Origin: Marsupella aquatica
Taxonomy: Eukaryota > Plantae > Marchantiophyta
DNA length: 64,000 bases
Assembly (NCBI GenBank): GCA_973895155.1
Contig: OZ316893.1
Location: forward strand, 28,034,210-28,098,209
Direction: 5' to 3'
This document shows positions 61,636 to 64,000 of this stretch, piece by piece (within the stretch, counting starts at the first letter, position 1; each line of letters opens with the position of its first letter). The position numbers and the translations under genes were made by a program. The notes beneath the pieces are model-generated. The model had not been told where the DNA came from, searched no databases, and was given only the letters and a program-made list of their open reading frames with translations.

Positions 61636-64000
61636 ATGGATCAGGCAAATGAGGATGGACAGTTGGGGCAAAGGAATCAGAGACATACCAATGAAGTGCG
61701 ACTCCCTTTGCATCACCCACTGAGGATTACACGTCATGACTCCAAGTTGTGGAATAGAGAGGTGCTTAGAGCAAGCCGGGGCAGAAATGCCCGGATGAGA
61801 TGCCCCTGCATGCAATGTCAAGGATACCACTCGATGACCCTGAACCAAGTGCATTCTCATCTTCAAAGGCATGGAAGACATCCAATCCGCAGGGTGTGGA
61901 ATGTGCCAGAGGAAGAGGATTCATCGGATGATGAATGGAGAGCAGATTTTGAAAATGTGAATACAGCAAGACACTCTGCATTCTTTCATAACGTCACTGG
62001 TCATGCAGGCAACAATGCCAAAGATGAGTATGTTCCACAGGGAGGTCCCAAGACTTCTAATGAGGACGGGGCAGATGTTCCTAGGATGGTTTCTGACATT
62101 TTTCAAGACCTGGATGCACTTTATGAAGATGCAGAGGCACAGGGGGACGAAGAACCAGACATGCATGGTGCAGATCCATCGGACCAAGAAGAGTTTGACA
62201 TTGGAGAAGGAGCTGGAGATGATGGTCAATTCTTGGGAACTGGGGCCTACTTGGAGGAAGCTACGTCCCCATTGTATGGTGGTGCAAATTGCTCCAAACT
62301 AGGGTTCATAGTGATGTTCCTCAATATATGTGGATGTCACCGTGTGCCCAACATATGTGTAACAGAGTTGTTGATGTTCCTATAGAGGACAGTACTACCC
62401 GCTGGAAACATTGCTCCTAAGAACATGTATGAGGCAAAGAAGGTGATGAGCAAACTTGGTTTGAATTATGTGTCCATCCATGCATGCCCAGATGGCCATG
62501 TACTTTTCAGAAAAGAATATGCTGATTGCCTATCCTGCCCTATCTGCGGAAAGCACAGATATAAGAACGTGGGGAAGTCAACTCAACCTGCTAAGGTCCT
62601 ACGGCATTTCCCTCTCATTCCAAGATTGCAGCGCCTCTATAGGTGTCCATCCATTTCTAAGATGATGACTTGGACCTCTGATCAGAAGAGTATAGATGGT
62701 TTGCAACGTCACGTTGGAGATTCCAACCACTGGAAGTACATAGATGAGAAGTGGCCGGACTTTGCAGCATAGAGCAGAAATGTGAGGTTTGGTCTAAGCC
62801 TTGACGGTGCTAATCCTTTTGGAGACAAGAACAACGTGTATTCTTGCTGGCCAGTGACTTTGATAAATTATAATCTCCCGCCTTGGATATCCACCAAGCG
62901 TTTTTTTGTGATCTTGTGTCTTATGATTCCCGGCCCAAACTCTGCTATAAGTGCAAACATAGATGTTTGGTTGGCCCCTGCGGTGGAGGAATGGGTTACT
63001 CTATGGACACATGGAGTTATGACAGTCGATGCACTTTGTGGACCTGGTAGACCGAGGACATTCAACCTACGTGCAATGTGTGTTAATTCAATAGCAGACT
63101 ACCCTGGACATAGCATGATATCTGGGCAGGTAGGGAAGGGATATCTGGGTTGCACACGATGTGGCCCACATGTTACATCTGAACGGTCCGTTTCCTTGGG
63201 CAGTATCAAATTCCAGGGCCACAGGCGATATCTTCCTGCCGACCACCCTTTCAGGCACAGGCAATCCCACATAGCCCACTTCAACAACCAGAGGGAGCTT
63301 CGAGAGTCTCCTGTGTTGGTTAGTAGAGACCAACTTCTGCAGTGGGGACTGAACAAGGTGTCTTATGATGAATATGGTGCTTGTAGAGACGTGCCAGATG
63401 ACCCAGCAAAGACTCATGGCATCGAAAGGCAGACAATGATGGACACATCATTGGAGTATTGGAAGGTAACATTTGCATATTCACTTGTACTCAGTGAACC
63501 TCTTCAGATCCTATGCACAACAGTTTTTAGTTCTTGTGTCTGAACCTAATTGTGGCAATCATGCGTACTTCATGGGTGCAGGATTTTGAGCCAAGCAAAC
63601 ATAACATTGATGTTATGCACATTGAGAAGAATGTATGCGAAAGTCTTTTGAAGTTTCTATCGGGGGACAACGATACTGCAGCAGTACGAAAGGACCTTCA
63701 GGAGAAGGGCATTCGTCCTCAACTTTGGCTGCAAGAATCCCAGAATAGGCCGGGTGTGGTTTTCAAGTACCAAGCTCCATATGTTTGCACCCAGAACGAG
63801 TGGAACACAATTTTGTCTAGGCTGAGTTCGTTCAGAGTACCCTCTGGGTATGCTGGAGCCTTTGCAAAGCATATAAGGAAGAAGAAGTTGGGAAGCATGA
63901 AAACTCATGACTTCCATGTTATGATGCAAGACATTCTACCAGTATGTCTGAGGGGATTGATGCAAAAACCAGTTTGCAATGTCATTTTGAGACTATGTCA
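61636..64000 (+). pseudogene. CACTA Tnp2/TnpD transposase
   Basis: CPCMQC, IHACPDGHVLFR...CPIC, VLRHFPLIPRLQRLY, LSLDGANPF, YNLPPW, DYPG, then HNIDVMHIEKNVCES and GSMKTHDFH after intron 63466-63581. In-frame TAGs at 62383 and 62770. Confidence 0.93.

Larger units (their letters stand above)
55813..64000 (+). mobile_element. CACTA (En/Spm) DNA transposon, right end outside window
   Basis: Begins CACTAGTAGAAA at an abrupt break in the preceding ORF. Tnp2 transposase lies downstream. Confidence 0.85.

Noticed and set aside
1-64000. tRNA or rRNA genes
   Set aside because: None recognised; only tRNA-complementary primer binding sites were seen.

Overview
This 64-kb window is eukaryotic and made almost entirely of nested transposable elements; I found no convincing host gene. 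It is probably from a land plant, and a bryophyte such as a liverwort is only a guess from the TE lineages. Left to right: (1) a non-chromoviral Ty3/Gypsy element (<1-17683) whose ~4.6-kb LTRs contain a ~1200-codon ORF and whose gag-PR/RT junction has a -1 frameshift signal; its 3' LTR holds a MITE and a 3.8-kb ORF-bearing solo LTR of a second family. (2) The Bianca-type Copia it landed in, which carries its own MITE. (3) A spliced fragment resembling a beta-class N4C/N6A DNA methyltransferase. (4) Two more copies of the ORF-bearing LTR. (5) A 24.6-kb TIR DNA transposon (25756-50314) with a DDE transposase, three F-box-like genes and a multi-exon ParB-like/MTase-like/acidic-AEK/Ulp1/3x FCP1-HAD locus, with ~30 copies of a CG-rich 16-18 bp palindrome in its non-coding DNA. 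(6) A third ORF-bearing LTR family. (7) A CACTA element with EDM2-like PHD and tandem BRCT cargo. The best candidate for an undescribed system is the giant transposon's ParB/MTase-like cargo plus its dispersed palindromic sites. All domain calls come from motif recognition by eye, not database searches.
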